From an uncultured Kiloniellales bacterium (GTDB taxonomy: Bacteria > Actinomycetota > Acidimicrobiia > Spongiisociales > UBA5794), in NCBI GenBank assembly GCA_964195155.1, contig CAXMOP010000045.1:23636-87635 (forward strand): a stretch of DNA of 64,000 nt, written 5' to 3'. The notes beneath the pieces were generated by a model. That model was not told the origin of the DNA. It searched no databases and worked only from the letters and a program-made list of their open reading frames with translations. A program made the translations under genes and the position numbers. Of this stretch, positions 28,733 through 38,187 are shown piece after piece; the first letter of the stretch is position 1, and the number at the start of each line of letters is the position of its first letter.

Positions 28733-28846
28733 AGCTGGGACGGTGTTGAGCAATCCTCCAACGTGCCGGCGCTCACTGGGGAAACCGAGTCACCGCAACA
28801 CTCAAGCAAGCGGCGGCTCAGGGCACTCGGAATATTCAAGAGCTCA
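28733..28846 (+). repeat. MITE/REP-like element, copy C (in the rpsF operon upstream region)
   Basis: ctgggacggtgttgagcaatcctccaacgtgccggcgct... It is nearly identical to copy B over ~95 bp, with a degenerate 3' end. Confidence 0.65.
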
Positions 28847-28894
28847 GCCACGCGCCAGCCCGAGGCGGGGGTTACCCAAACGAGCGCACCTCGG

Positions 28895-29329
28895 CTACTC
28901 ACTCAAGGTCGTCAAGACCGAATCGGCACCCACAAACTGCAACTCATCCGCCGGGGCCTCGACCGCATAACGGTACGGCCCACCGGCGTGGTACGTCGGG
29001 CAGTCGCCGGTGGTGCATGGCTCCATGGTCAGCATGTCGACGAAGGTCCCATCGTCTGCGAAGAAGGCGATGTCGAGCGGGATCAAGGTGTCCTTCATCC
29101 AGAAGCCGCTCTCGGTGTCGGCCTCGAAGAGGAACAACATGCCATCGACTCCCCCGAGGTCGGTGAGCCCCATCAGTCCCCGGCTCCGGGCTTCCGGTGT
29201 ATCGGCGACGGCGACGACCATCTGGCGATCATCGATTGACACCGACGTCGAGAGAAGCCCTGCCAGCGTCGGCACCGGCGATGCGGTACATGCCGCGACG
29301 AATAGTGCAACGAGCGCGAGCCTCTTCAT
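28895..29329 (-). CDS. DUF192-domain secreted/lipoprotein
   Basis: Signal peptide with lipobox-like LVALFVAAC. DUF192 signature region MKDTLIPLDIAFF. Confidence 0.5.
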   Translation of the reverse strand: MKRLALVALFVAACTASPVPTLAGLLSTSVSIDDRQMVVAVADTPEARSRGLMGLTDLGGVDGMLFLFEADTESGFWMKDTLIPLDIAFFADDGTFVDMLTMEPCTTGDCPTYHAGGPYRYAVEAPADELQFVGADSVLTTLSE

Positions 29330-29356
29330 GACGCAGAAAGCTACCGCGCCGTGGCG

Positions 29357-30220
29357 TCACTGATCGGCGTGGGCCTCCAGGTCGGCGAGGCCGGCCAGGA
29401 TCTCAGCCGACTCGGCAGGCATGTGATAGGTCTCGTCCTCCCCAGGGAACACGCCGGACTCGATGTCGGCGAAGAATCGCTCCATGGCCGCGACCGCATC
29501 GTCGGCAAGGTTGGCGTAGCGGCGGACGAACTTCGGTTGGAAGTCGCCGCTGCCGAGCCCAAGCACGTCGTGGTAGACCAGCACCTGCCCGTCACAGTGG
29601 GCGCCTGCTCCGATGCCGATGGTCGGGATCGGAATCTCCCGGGTAACGATCTCTGCAACCTTCTCCGGCACCGCTTCGAGTACCAACGAGAACACCCCGG
29701 CGTTGGCCAGCGAGTGGGCGTCGCTGATCATCTCGTAGGCCGCCTGGGCCTCTTTGCCTTGCACCTTGTAGCCGCCCATGGCGTGCACGGACTGTGGGGT
29801 GAGCCCGAGGTGGCCCATCACCGGGATCTCGGCGTCGATCACCTTCTCGATCGCCTCCAGGCGCTTTCTGCCGCCCTCGAGTTTGACCGCCTCGGCGCCT
29901 CCCTCGCGCACGAAACGACCGGCGTTTCGCACGGTGTCCTCGGGCGATACGTGGTAGCTCATCCAGGGCATGTCGCCGACCACGAGCGCATCGGGCCCGG
30001 CGCGTGACACCGCTGCGGTGTGGTGGACCATCACGTCGACGTCGACCGCCAGGGTGTCCTGGTGGCCGAGAACGACGTTGGCGACCGAGTCTCCAACCAG
30101 GATGATGTCTGCTCCCGCCCGGTCGGCGATGATTGCCGACGGGTGGTCGTAGGCGGTGATCATCTTGAGCTTGAGGCCGCCCTTGCGCGAGCGAATCCCC
30201 GGGACGGTGACCTTTGCCAT
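29357..30220 (-). CDS. panB: 3-methyl-2-oxobutanoate hydroxymethyltransferase
   Basis: KMITAYDHPSAIIADRAGADIILVGDSVANVVLG, typical of PanB. Confidence 0.9.
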   Translation of the reverse strand: MAKVTVPGIRSRKGGLKLKMITAYDHPSAIIADRAGADIILVGDSVANVVLGHQDTLAVDVDVMVHHTAAVSRAGPDALVVGDMPWMSYHVSPEDTVRNAGRFVREGGAEAVKLEGGRKRLEAIEKVIDAEIPVMGHLGLTPQSVHAMGGYKVQGKEAQAAYEMISDAHSLANAGVFSLVLEAVPEKVAEIVTREIPIPTIGIGAGAHCDGQVLVYHDVLGLGSGDFQPKFVRRYANLADDAVAAMERFFADIESGVFPGEDETYHMPAESAEILAGLADLEAHADQ

Positions 30221-30381
30221 TGCTGCTCCTCTCTCCCCACCGCTTCGGGTTGGGGGAACGCTTGTGCAGTCTTCTTCCTCGTGGAACCGGAAATCGGCAT
30301 CGGCCGCCGCATGCGGTCGCCCGTGCCTGTGGGTCCTACGAGGGGAACGCTAGCAAACCGCCGGAGATTCCGGGACGGCTC

Positions 30382-30485
30382 ACGAGGGCTCTGAGCGATC
30401 CACTCGCGGTGGGTCGCCGCTCGATCCATGGCCACAGTGCCATGGCGGCGGGCCGCAGCATTTGTCATTGTTCAGAACTGTCCTA
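30382..30485 (+). repeat. MITE/REP-like element, copy D (diverged)
   Basis: gagggctctgagcgatcc...tttgtcattgttcagaactgtcctag. Both termini are shared with the other copies. Confidence 0.5.
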
Positions 30486-30495
30486 GCGTTGCAGC

Positions 30496-30978
30496 ATGGC
30501 ACGCAAAGACATCTCCATGACCGACGAGGAGCTACTGGTCTTCCTCGGAGACGGGCAGAAGACCCTCCAGGTCTCATCGAACGACCACGACGGCTTTCCC
30601 CATATCGTCCCGATGTGGTTCTTGGTCGAGGAGCCAAAGGTGGTGTTCCGGTCGTTCTCCAAGTCGCAAAAGATCGTCAACCTGCGGCGGGATCCGAAGA
30701 TCGCGGTGCTCGTCGAGGAGGGCAAGTCCTACGAAGAGCTCCAGGGGGCAATGATCAAGGGCGAAGCGACATTGATCGACGACGCCGACTACTGCCTCGA
30801 CCTCTATGTCGGCCTAGCGGACCGGTACTCGTTCTTCTCGGGCGTCGAACCCGGGGCAACCCCCGAGCAAGAGGTGCGTGAGTACTTTGCCGGCTTCGCA
30901 CCGAAACAGACTGCAGTGATCGTGGAGCCAATGGAGATCGTCTCCTGGGACTACCGGAAGCTGAGCGGTGGGTACTGA
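30496..30978 (+). CDS. Pyridoxamine 5'-phosphate oxidase family protein (likely F420/FMN-binding split-barrel)
   Basis: PNPOx-like fold hallmarks: HIVPMWF...KVVFRS...KIVNLRRDPKIAVLVEE. Confidence 0.55.
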   Translation: MARKDISMTDEELLVFLGDGQKTLQVSSNDHDGFPHIVPMWFLVEEPKVVFRSFSKSQKIVNLRRDPKIAVLVEEGKSYEELQGAMIKGEATLIDDADYCLDLYVGLADRYSFFSGVEPGATPEQEVREYFAGFAPKQTAVIVEPMEIVSWDYRKLSGGY

Positions 30979-31032
30979 GCTTCAGAAGCACCGCATCGCT
31001 CAGATTCAGCCGATCAACGACGCCCGACTCCG

Positions 31033-32394
31033 ATGATCGAACCCGGCATCGATGGCGACGCCTTTCTCGAGCATCTGGCCGAAGCGGTGCGGATCCGAAC
31101 CGTCTCGTACGAGGAAGCGCAGCGAAACCATCCCGGTCCGTTCTACGATCTCCATTCGTTCTTGCGGCACACCTATCCGCTCACAACGCAGAAGCACTGC
31201 ACGGTCGAGGCGGTCAACGATCTCTCGCTGCTGATCACCTGGGAAGGGACCGATCCGGACCTCGACCCGATCGTGCTGATGGCCCACATGGACACCGTCC
31301 CGGTTGAGGAGGGGACGGAAAAGGCCTGGGACGTCGACCCGTTCTCGGGAGACATTGTTGAGGGCGAGCTGTGGGGCCGTGGCACCCTGGACGACAAGGG
31401 CCCGCTGATTGCGGTGATGGAGGCGGTGGAGCACCTGCTCGGCATCGGGTTCGAGCCGAACCGTACGGTGATGATCGCTTTCGGCCACGACGAGGAGATC
31501 GGCGGCATCGAAGGAGCGGCCCACACGGCGGCGCTGCTGCGCGACCGCGGCGTTCGCCCCTGGTTCGTCCTCGACGAGGGGGGCTGGGTCGTCGACCATG
31601 CGCCACCGCTCACGAGCGAGCCGGTCGCTCTGGTCGGCACTGCCGAGAAGGGCTACCTCGACCTCGAGCTCACCGCCGTGGGTGAGAGCGGCCACTCCTC
31701 ATCGCCACCGCGGTCGACGGCCATCGGCAAACTCTCCGCTGCCGTCCGACGGCTCGAGGAGAACCCGTTGCCGGCCCGCGTCGAGGTGATGGAACCGCAA
31801 TTCAAGGCGCTCGGCGATCGCATCGACCGCCGGCTCCGCCCGTTCCTGACCAACCTGCGCGTCTTCGGGCCCCTCGTGTCGAGGGTGCTGGGCAGGCAAC
31901 CACAGCTGGATCCATCCATCCGGACGACGACAGCGGTGACCATGATCGAAGGGGGCGTAAAGCCGAACGTCCTCCCGCAGAGAGCCTGGGCCGTCGCCAA
32001 CTTCCGGATCCTGCCCGGCGACACGATCGCGTCGGTCACCGCGCATGTCGAGCGGATCGTCGGACCCGACATCGCCGTCGAACCCCATGGCAGAAATCGC
32101 CAGGAGCCCAGTGGGTTCTCGTCGACCGAATCCGAGGCGTGGCTGGTCTTGGAGCGCAGCATCCTCGAAACCTTCCCCGAAGCGGCCGTGGCGCCGTGGA
32201 TCGTGTATGGCGCCACCGACTCGCGATACTTCAGGGACTTCGCCGGGGATGTCTATGGCTTCAACGGCTTCACCGGAGACGGCGAGCTGCTGGGGCGGTT
32301 TCACGGGACCGGCGAGCGTATTCGCACTTCGGATGCCGAGCAGGCAGTGTCGTTCTTCTGCCGTCTGATCCGCAACGCTCAGCAGACCCATTGA
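31033..32394 (+). CDS. M20/M25/M40 family metallopeptidase
   Basis: HMDTVPV, GRGTLDDKG, HDEEIGG metal-binding motifs. Confidence 0.75.
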   Translation: MIEPGIDGDAFLEHLAEAVRIRTVSYEEAQRNHPGPFYDLHSFLRHTYPLTTQKHCTVEAVNDLSLLITWEGTDPDLDPIVLMAHMDTVPVEEGTEKAWDVDPFSGDIVEGELWGRGTLDDKGPLIAVMEAVEHLLGIGFEPNRTVMIAFGHDEEIGGIEGAAHTAALLRDRGVRPWFVLDEGGWVVDHAPPLTSEPVALVGTAEKGYLDLELTAVGESGHSSSPPRSTAIGKLSAAVRRLEENPLPARVEVMEPQFKALGDRIDRRLRPFLTNLRVFGPLVSRVLGRQPQLDPSIRTTTAVTMIEGGVKPNVLPQRAWAVANFRILPGDTIASVTAHVERIVGPDIAVEPHGRNRQEPSGFSSTESEAWLVLERSILETFPEAAVAPWIVYGATDSRYFRDFAGDVYGFNGFTGDGELLGRFHGTGERIRTSDAEQAVSFFCRLIRNAQQTH

Positions 32395-32526
32395 CGGTTG
32401 GTATATCGAACCGATATAGCTATATCGATTCGGTCAGATGGCTTTCGACGCCGACTGGCGTCGACGCCATCTTCCAAGGTGTCACCCTCCGGGTGACCCG
32501 ATCTGGCTGGTTCGCAGACCCCTGGC

Positions 32527-33309
32527 CTAGAGGCGCTCTCGCAACCAGGCGATGTCCGCGGCCTGCTGAGCGGCGTCGCCGCGGGTCTCGACGACGGCCG
32601 GAGCGTTGGCGGCCTGAACTACTCCGACCAGAAGCTCCTCAGGGATCTCTCCGTCTCCGAGGTTCTCGTGGCGGTCTCGACTTGAGCCGGCCGGGTCTTT
32701 GGAGTCGTTGGCGTGCACGAGGGCGACCCCGCCGGTGAGGGCCGTGATCAGGTCGACTGCCCCCTCCATTTCGGCGCCCGCAGCCCAGGCGTGGCAGGTG
32801 TCGAGGCACACTCCGACGTTGTAGTCGCCGATTTCCTCCCAAAGCGGGCCATAGTTGGCAAGATCCTGCATCACCGTGTTGCCGCTGCCCGCCGTGTTCT
32901 CGACCAGGATCGGGACGGTCTGTTCGAAGGAGTCCAGCGCCTTGCGCCAGCGTTCGAACCCGATTGCCACGTCCTCGTCATCCTCCACGCTGCCCCCGTG
33001 GACGATCACCCCCTTGGCGCCGATCTCGGCGGCCGCGTCGACGATATGGGCCAGGGTCTTCCGGGACGGAATTCGGACCCGGTTGTTCCCCGACGCCAGG
33101 TTCATCGGATACGGCGAGTGGACATAGATCGGCAGATCGGAGGCACGCAACGCCTCGGCATCGTCCCGTGGCTCGGGCTTCTTCCACGATTGAGGGTCGC
33201 CGAGAAAAACCTGCACGGCATCGGCGTTGCGCTCGGCCGCTGCCCGGAGCGGGTCGAGCGAGCCGACGTGGGCCCCGATGATGCCCGCACCGCGGGCCCG
33301 CTCAGCCAT
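32527..33309 (-). CDS. nfo: Deoxyribonuclease (endonuclease) IV
   Basis: VQVFLGDPQSW, IYVHSPYPMNLAS, VLVENTAGSG, CLDTCHAWAAG, VHANDSK. The start is set at the internal MAERARG. Confidence 0.7.
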   Translation of the reverse strand: MAERARGAGIIGAHVGSLDPLRAAAERNADAVQVFLGDPQSWKKPEPRDDAEALRASDLPIYVHSPYPMNLASGNNRVRIPSRKTLAHIVDAAAEIGAKGVIVHGGSVEDDEDVAIGFERWRKALDSFEQTVPILVENTAGSGNTVMQDLANYGPLWEEIGDYNVGVCLDTCHAWAAGAEMEGAVDLITALTGGVALVHANDSKDPAGSSRDRHENLGDGEIPEELLVGVVQAANAPAVVETRGDAAQQAADIAWLRERL

Positions 33310-33886
33310 CGCCGTCACCCAGCAGCCGCCGGTCCCGACGAGAGGCCTCCAACGCGACGCGGGCGTGCATGACGGCGTCTTCGGGACGACGCTCCCAGCT
33401 GCCGGCATTCACTTTCAGTCTCGTCCCGTCCCACTCGGCGTCCCATGGCTCATCGGGCAGCAGCTCGGGCCGAGCGACGTCAAACACCACAACGGCGTGC
33501 GGCGACCCCTCGTCGGGGTCCGGATCCGTTGCGGTGTAGACGTCGTCGATGGCATCCCACGGGACGAATGTCGGTTTCTCCCCCGGTTTGCCGAGCTGGA
33601 TCTCGACCCCGTCGTCGCGGACGACCAGCACCGGGTCGCGCCGCAGCAGCGAGAACATGGCGTATCCGAACAGGGCGGTTCCCCCAAAGAGCATCGGAAT
33701 CCCCCACAGGTAGTCGGCGCGCTGTTGGTTCGAGCCCGTTGTGGTGAGCGCCTCGTTGTGGGTCTCGGGCGGAGTAGAAACGCGGTGCAACCACATCACG
33801 TCGATCGCGGTGAGCAGCAACACCAACCCGACCATTCCGATGAGGAATAGCCGGATCGGCGATCGGTGAACGGTGAGCAGTTTCAC
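33302..33886 (-). CDS. Hypothetical membrane protein
   Basis: Two N-terminal TM helices, then a soluble domain. No recognised motif. Confidence 0.4.
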   Translation of the reverse strand: MKLLTVHRSPIRLFLIGMVGLVLLLTAIDVMWLHRVSTPPETHNEALTTTGSNQQRADYLWGIPMLFGGTALFGYAMFSLLRRDPVLVVRDDGVEIQLGKPGEKPTFVPWDAIDDVYTATDPDPDEGSPHAVVVFDVARPELLPDEPWDAEWDGTRLKVNAGSWERRPEDAVMHARVALEASRRDRRLLGDGDG

Positions 33887-34443
33887 GGTGCGATCCCGAG
33901 GTCTGCCGGCGTGAATAGCGAAACGTACGCCATACCGAGCCCGGCCAACCGCGCTGCGGCAGCCCCATCGCTTCGGTCAACCAGGGCGACCGCCTGGACG
34001 ACCTCGATGCCAAGATCGGTGAGCACCGCCACGGCGTCGGCGAGGGTCTCACCGGTGGTCGTCGTGTCCTCCACGACGGCAACCACATCGTTGGTCGTCA
34101 CCGGCCCAACCAACCTTCCGCCGGTGCCGTGATCCTTCGGCTCCTTGCGGATCGAGAAGGCCTGGAGCGGCCGTCGTGCCCGCGCCGCCGACATTGCCGT
34201 GGCGACAGCGATCGGATCGGCTCCCATGGTCATCCCACCCACGGCGGTGACCTCTGGTTCAACAACGGCAAGGATCGCCTCGCCGACGAGGATCGCCCCC
34301 CACCCGTCGAAAGTGGTCTGGCGGGCGTCGATGTACCAATCGGCGACGACTCCGGAGGCCAACGTGAACGGACCGTCGGTCCGAAGCGCGTGGGTGCGAA
34401 GATGCTCGATCAGGTGCCCTTTTGGGTCGATTTCCGCTGCCAA
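33883..34443 (-). CDS. pyrE: Orotate phosphoribosyltransferase
   Basis: PRPP-binding motif VVAVVEDTTTTGETL. Type I PRTase. Confidence 0.85.
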   Translation of the reverse strand: MAAEIDPKGHLIEHLRTHALRTDGPFTLASGVVADWYIDARQTTFDGWGAILVGEAILAVVEPEVTAVGGMTMGADPIAVATAMSAARARRPLQAFSIRKEPKDHGTGGRLVGPVTTNDVVAVVEDTTTTGETLADAVAVLTDLGIEVVQAVALVDRSDGAAAARLAGLGMAYVSLFTPADLGIAP

Positions 34444-34617
34444 GAAAAACCTCGAAAGTTGCTCAAGGAGATGGGGGGTGGGGTCGATACGTTACCTAGA
34501 CAGGATGCCTTCCTACCTCCCGTCTAGCCCGAGCCGAGGCCGCCGCAAGGCGGCCTTCGGTTCGTCCGGAGGAAGTCCGGAGTCGACTCCACAGTCGAGC
34601 GCCCTATCTTCACGCCC

Positions 34618-35304
34618 ATGGAACTCCTTTTCGTTCGCCACGGCCAGCCGGCCTGGTCAAACGTCGAAGGGTTCTCCCAAAGAGATCCCGAGCTCACCGA
34701 TCTCGGGCATCGACAGGCCGATATGGCTGCGGCCCGGATCGCCAACAGGGAGCGGCCCCTCACCGAGCTCGTCGTGTCCCCGGCACTGCGCTCCCAGGAG
34801 ACGGCGAAGCCGATCGCAGCCAAGACCGGTCTCCCCATCGAAACCGTCGACGATCTCGTCGAGATTCAGATGCCAGATTGGTCCGGGGAGCTCGAAGAGT
34901 CGGTGCAGCGGATCTTCATCGATGCCAAGCACCGTCCTCCAGAGGAATGGTGGGAGGGAATGGCGGGCGGCGAGTCGTTCCGCGACTTTCACGACCGGGT
35001 CACCCGGTCGATCACCCAGGTGCTTGGCGCACGCGGGGTGCACCCGGACCCGGACCGGGAGCACCTGTGGACCGCAGAGAACCCGGAACAACGCATCGCC
35101 ATCGTTGCGCACGGAGGGACCAACGCCGTCGTCATCGGACACCTGCTCGGAGTCGACCCGACGCCGTGGGAGTGGGAGCGGTTCATCCTCTACCACGCCT
35201 CGTTCGCCCGGATGCGGACGATTCCGCTCGCCGGGGAATACGTCTGGTCGTTGCGCACCTTCAACGACCGCGAACACCTGCCCGAGGACGCAAGGACGCG
35301 ATAA
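34618..35304 (+). CDS. Histidine phosphatase (phosphoglycerate mutase-like) family protein
   Basis: RHG motif LLFVRHGQP. Catalytic His in VAHGGT. Confidence 0.7.
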   Translation: MELLFVRHGQPAWSNVEGFSQRDPELTDLGHRQADMAAARIANRERPLTELVVSPALRSQETAKPIAAKTGLPIETVDDLVEIQMPDWSGELEESVQRIFIDAKHRPPEEWWEGMAGGESFRDFHDRVTRSITQVLGARGVHPDPDREHLWTAENPEQRIAIVAHGGTNAVVIGHLLGVDPTPWEWERFILYHASFARMRTIPLAGEYVWSLRTFNDREHLPEDARTR

Positions 35305-35507
35305 GCCCCTCTCGAGCCGTCCTCGATGCAGAGTGGGAAAATCCCTCCCGACCGCCGTGCGCAACTGCGGATGCCGGACGATCCGCTCAGATCAACACAA
35401 GCAAGAGACCACCAGCCCGCATCCGCTGCGCTCCCGGAACCGGCACGGAGATGATGTGCACCTCACCTTGGAATGTTTCCCCCCGAGGAGGGAGCGGCGA
35501 AAGATTC

Positions 35508-36299
35508 CTATTTGCCGTAGCGGCGCTTGCGTCGGGTGAAATCCCGCAGGGCGCGCAGGAAGTCGACGTGCCGGAACGCCGGCCAGTAGACGTCGACAAA
35601 CGCATACTCGGCGTACGCCGCCTGCCAGAGCAGGAATCCGGAGAGTCGCGCCTCCCCAGAAGTTCGGATCACAAGATCGGGATCCGGCAACCCCGCGGTG
35701 TACAGGTTGGCGCCGATACCGTCGGCGTCGATGCGGCCGACGATCTGGTCTGAGGAAACCCCTTCGTCGGCAAGGGTACCGATGAGGTCGCGCACGGCGT
35801 CGACGATCTCCTGGCGGCCCCCATAGGCCAGAGCGATGGTCACTCGGCGCTGCCCATCCGGCATCTGCTCCTCGAGGCGCTTTGCTGCGGCGACGAGGTC
35901 GGGCGGCAGCAGGTCGAGGCTGCCGATGAAGCGCACTCCGACGTCGTGACGACTGAGGGCAATTGGGATCTGCTCGAACAGCTCACCGAGCACCTCGTAA
36001 TAGGGGACCAGCTCCTCCTGGGGTCGTTGCAAGTTCTCCTTGGAAAGCAGCCAGCAGGTCACGGCCGGAATCTCGAGGTCCTCGGTCCAATCGAGAAACT
36101 CGATGAACTTGGTCATCCCTACCCGGTACGACGCCGCATAGTCGGGAAGGCCCTCGCTTCTGGCATAGCGACGATGACCGTCGTGGATGACGCCGATGTG
36201 GTCGGGAAGCTTGGTCCGGTCCAGTTCAGAGAGGAGGCGGTCTTCGTAGATGCGGTACAGCGGGCGAGTGGCCAGGTCGCGAAATCCCATGTGCGGCAT
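35508..36299 (-). CDS. uppS: Isoprenyl transferase (cis-prenyltransferase / UPP synthase family)
   Basis: HIGVIHDGHRRYA, WLLSKENLQRP, ALAYGGRQEIV. Start chosen at the internal Met. Confidence 0.75.
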   Translation of the reverse strand: MPHMGFRDLATRPLYRIYEDRLLSELDRTKLPDHIGVIHDGHRRYARSEGLPDYAASYRVGMTKFIEFLDWTEDLEIPAVTCWLLSKENLQRPQEELVPYYEVLGELFEQIPIALSRHDVGVRFIGSLDLLPPDLVAAAKRLEEQMPDGQRRVTIALAYGGRQEIVDAVRDLIGTLADEGVSSDQIVGRIDADGIGANLYTAGLPDPDLVIRTSGEARLSGFLLWQAAYAEYAFVDVYWPAFRHVDFLRALRDFTRRKRRYGK

Positions 36300-36412
36300 G
36301 GTAGGAGCGTCGACGCCAAGAGCGAATGAGTCGACCGTCCTATTCGTCCCGGGGTTCTCAGTGCAACCGGCAAGTGGCAACATGGGGACGAGACATTGAA
36401 GAGGGAGCCGAT

Positions 36413-36811
36413 ATGGCGATGTCCGACGAACACAAGGCGGCGCTGGCCCAGGGTCGCGCCGAATCGAGAGCGATCAAGGCCTATTTGGCGGTGGCGACCG
36501 CCCCAAAGAAGCGGGGCCGGCCGGTGACGCGCGCATCGCTCGAGGAGCGGATCATCGCCCTCGACGCCAAGGTAAGCACCGAGGACGACCCGCTTGCCCG
36601 AGTGGACCTCATCCAGGCACGAATCGATGCCCGGCGAGCCCTCGACGATCTCGACTCGGCAGCGGATCTGGAGGCGCTCGAAGCGGGATTCACCAAATAC
36701 GCCGCCTCCTACTCCGAGCGCAAGGGCATCACCTGGACGGCGTGGCGGGAGGCCGGCGTCACGGCCGCAACGCTGCGACGCGCCGGTATCAAACAAACCC
36801 GACAACGCTGA
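36413..36811 (+). CDS. Hypothetical protein (basic, KKRGRP AT-hook-like motif)
   Basis: ORF with a plausible ATG. No recognised family. Confidence 0.35.
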   Translation: MAMSDEHKAALAQGRAESRAIKAYLAVATAPKKRGRPVTRASLEERIIALDAKVSTEDDPLARVDLIQARIDARRALDDLDSAADLEALEAGFTKYAASYSERKGITWTAWREAGVTAATLRRAGIKQTRQR

Positions 36812-36974
36812 GGCTGCACCAAAAAGCGCGTGCCCAGGGTTCCAGACCCCCCCGTATACGCTGACCTGAACCCTGGGTATGGGGAACTAACCCGTTTGGG
36901 CGCCGAAATATGACTCTTGTTTTGGGCCGGGCGCACCATCAACCCAACCCTCGATTCCGGCCGATATCAGTGAT

Positions 36975-37700
36975 ATGGCAGCACCAGTCCTGGAATCCGT
37001 TATCGAGGCGCATCAGTACGCTGCGGATGTGAACTTTCGGCTGCGGCGCTGGTCGATCGGCAAGATGCAGAACCCGGTTCGTGGATTCCTTCACGGCACG
37101 ACGGCCGTGCTGGGAATCCTCGGCACCGCACTCCTCTTGATGAACGCCGACACCTTGACGCACCGACTCGGGGTGCTGGTGTTCGGGCTAGCGATCGTTG
37201 GCCTGTACACCACCAGCTCGCTCTACCACTCCATCCCGTGGCGGGAGCGGTGGAAGAAGCGAATGCAACGAGCCGACCGGTCGATGATCCTGGTCCTGAT
37301 CGCCGGCACCTATACCCCGTTTGCGGTCATCGTGCTCGACGCCCCGCTGCAATGGGTAGTGCTTGGCCTCGCCTGGGGCCTCGCCATTGCCGGGACCATC
37401 CAGCAGGCCTTCTTCCCCAAGATTTCCGGATCGGTGCCGGTGGCGCTCGCCACCGTGCTCGGCTGGCTGTCGCTGCTCTTCATCGTGCCGCTGATCGACC
37501 GGCTCGGTTGGCTACCAATCGTTCTCGTCGGAATCGGCGGGGTCATCTACACGATTGGCATGGTGTTCCTCGTCACCAACCGCCCCCGCCTGTGGCCGAG
37601 GGTGTTTTCGTACCACGAGGTCTTCCACGTCATGACCGTTGCCGCCACGGCGCTGCACTTCATCGTGATCTGGCAATGGGTCGTGCCGTTCGCGTCCTAG
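36975..37700 (+). CDS. Hemolysin III / PAQR family membrane protein
   Basis: 7-TM profile. SSLYHS and LVLIAGTYTPF motifs. Confidence 0.75.
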   Translation: MAAPVLESVIEAHQYAADVNFRLRRWSIGKMQNPVRGFLHGTTAVLGILGTALLLMNADTLTHRLGVLVFGLAIVGLYTTSSLYHSIPWRERWKKRMQRADRSMILVLIAGTYTPFAVIVLDAPLQWVVLGLAWGLAIAGTIQQAFFPKISGSVPVALATVLGWLSLLFIVPLIDRLGWLPIVLVGIGGVIYTIGMVFLVTNRPRLWPRVFSYHEVFHVMTVAATALHFIVIWQWVVPFAS

Positions 37701-37718
37701 TTCTCCCGAGCCTCTGGC

Positions 37719-38117
37719 TCAGGAGGGTTCTTCCGCCTTCTCGAAGCCAAGCGACGCCGAGTTGATGCAGTAGCGAAGCCCGGTGGGGTTGGGCCCATCG
37801 TCGAAGATGTGGCCGAGATGGGCGCCGCAGTTGTGGCACACCGCCTCGGTGCGCTTCATCAGCAGGCTCCGGTCGTCCTTGGTGTCGACTGCGGCGTCAT
37901 TGCTCGGCTGATAGAAGCTCGGCCAACCGCTGCCGGACTCAAACTTGGTGTCGCTGGAGAACAGCGCCTCGCCGCACACCACACAGGTATACGTGCCGTC
38001 GTCGTGGTTGTCCCAGTAGATGCCGGTGAACGGGCGTTCGGTGCCGGCCTCCTGGGTGACGTGAAACTGGAGGTCGCTCAGCCGGTCGCGCAGGGTGGAT
38101 TTCGTGTTGTCGCTCAT
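37719..38117 (-). CDS. msrB: Peptide-methionine (R)-S-oxide reductase
   Basis: [28 protein letters not shown]...[16 protein letters not shown]. Confidence 0.9.
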   Translation of the reverse strand: MSDNTKSTLRDRLSDLQFHVTQEAGTERPFTGIYWDNHDDGTYTCVVCGEALFSSDTKFESGSGWPSFYQPSNDAAVDTKDDRSLLMKRTEAVCHNCGAHLGHIFDDGPNPTGLRYCINSASLGFEKAEEPS

Positions 38118-38187
38118 ACGGGAAGGCTACCCCCGGTCGGTTCGATCGGAGACGCTGCGCTGCGAACACTGCACCTAGAGTTGGTCG

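Noticed and set aside
34145-35539. 464-aa plus-strand ORF spanning pyrE and the histidine phosphatase region
   Set aside because: It is out of frame or antisense to two genes that are well supported by motifs. Its Ser/Pro/Arg-rich composition marks it as a GC artefact.
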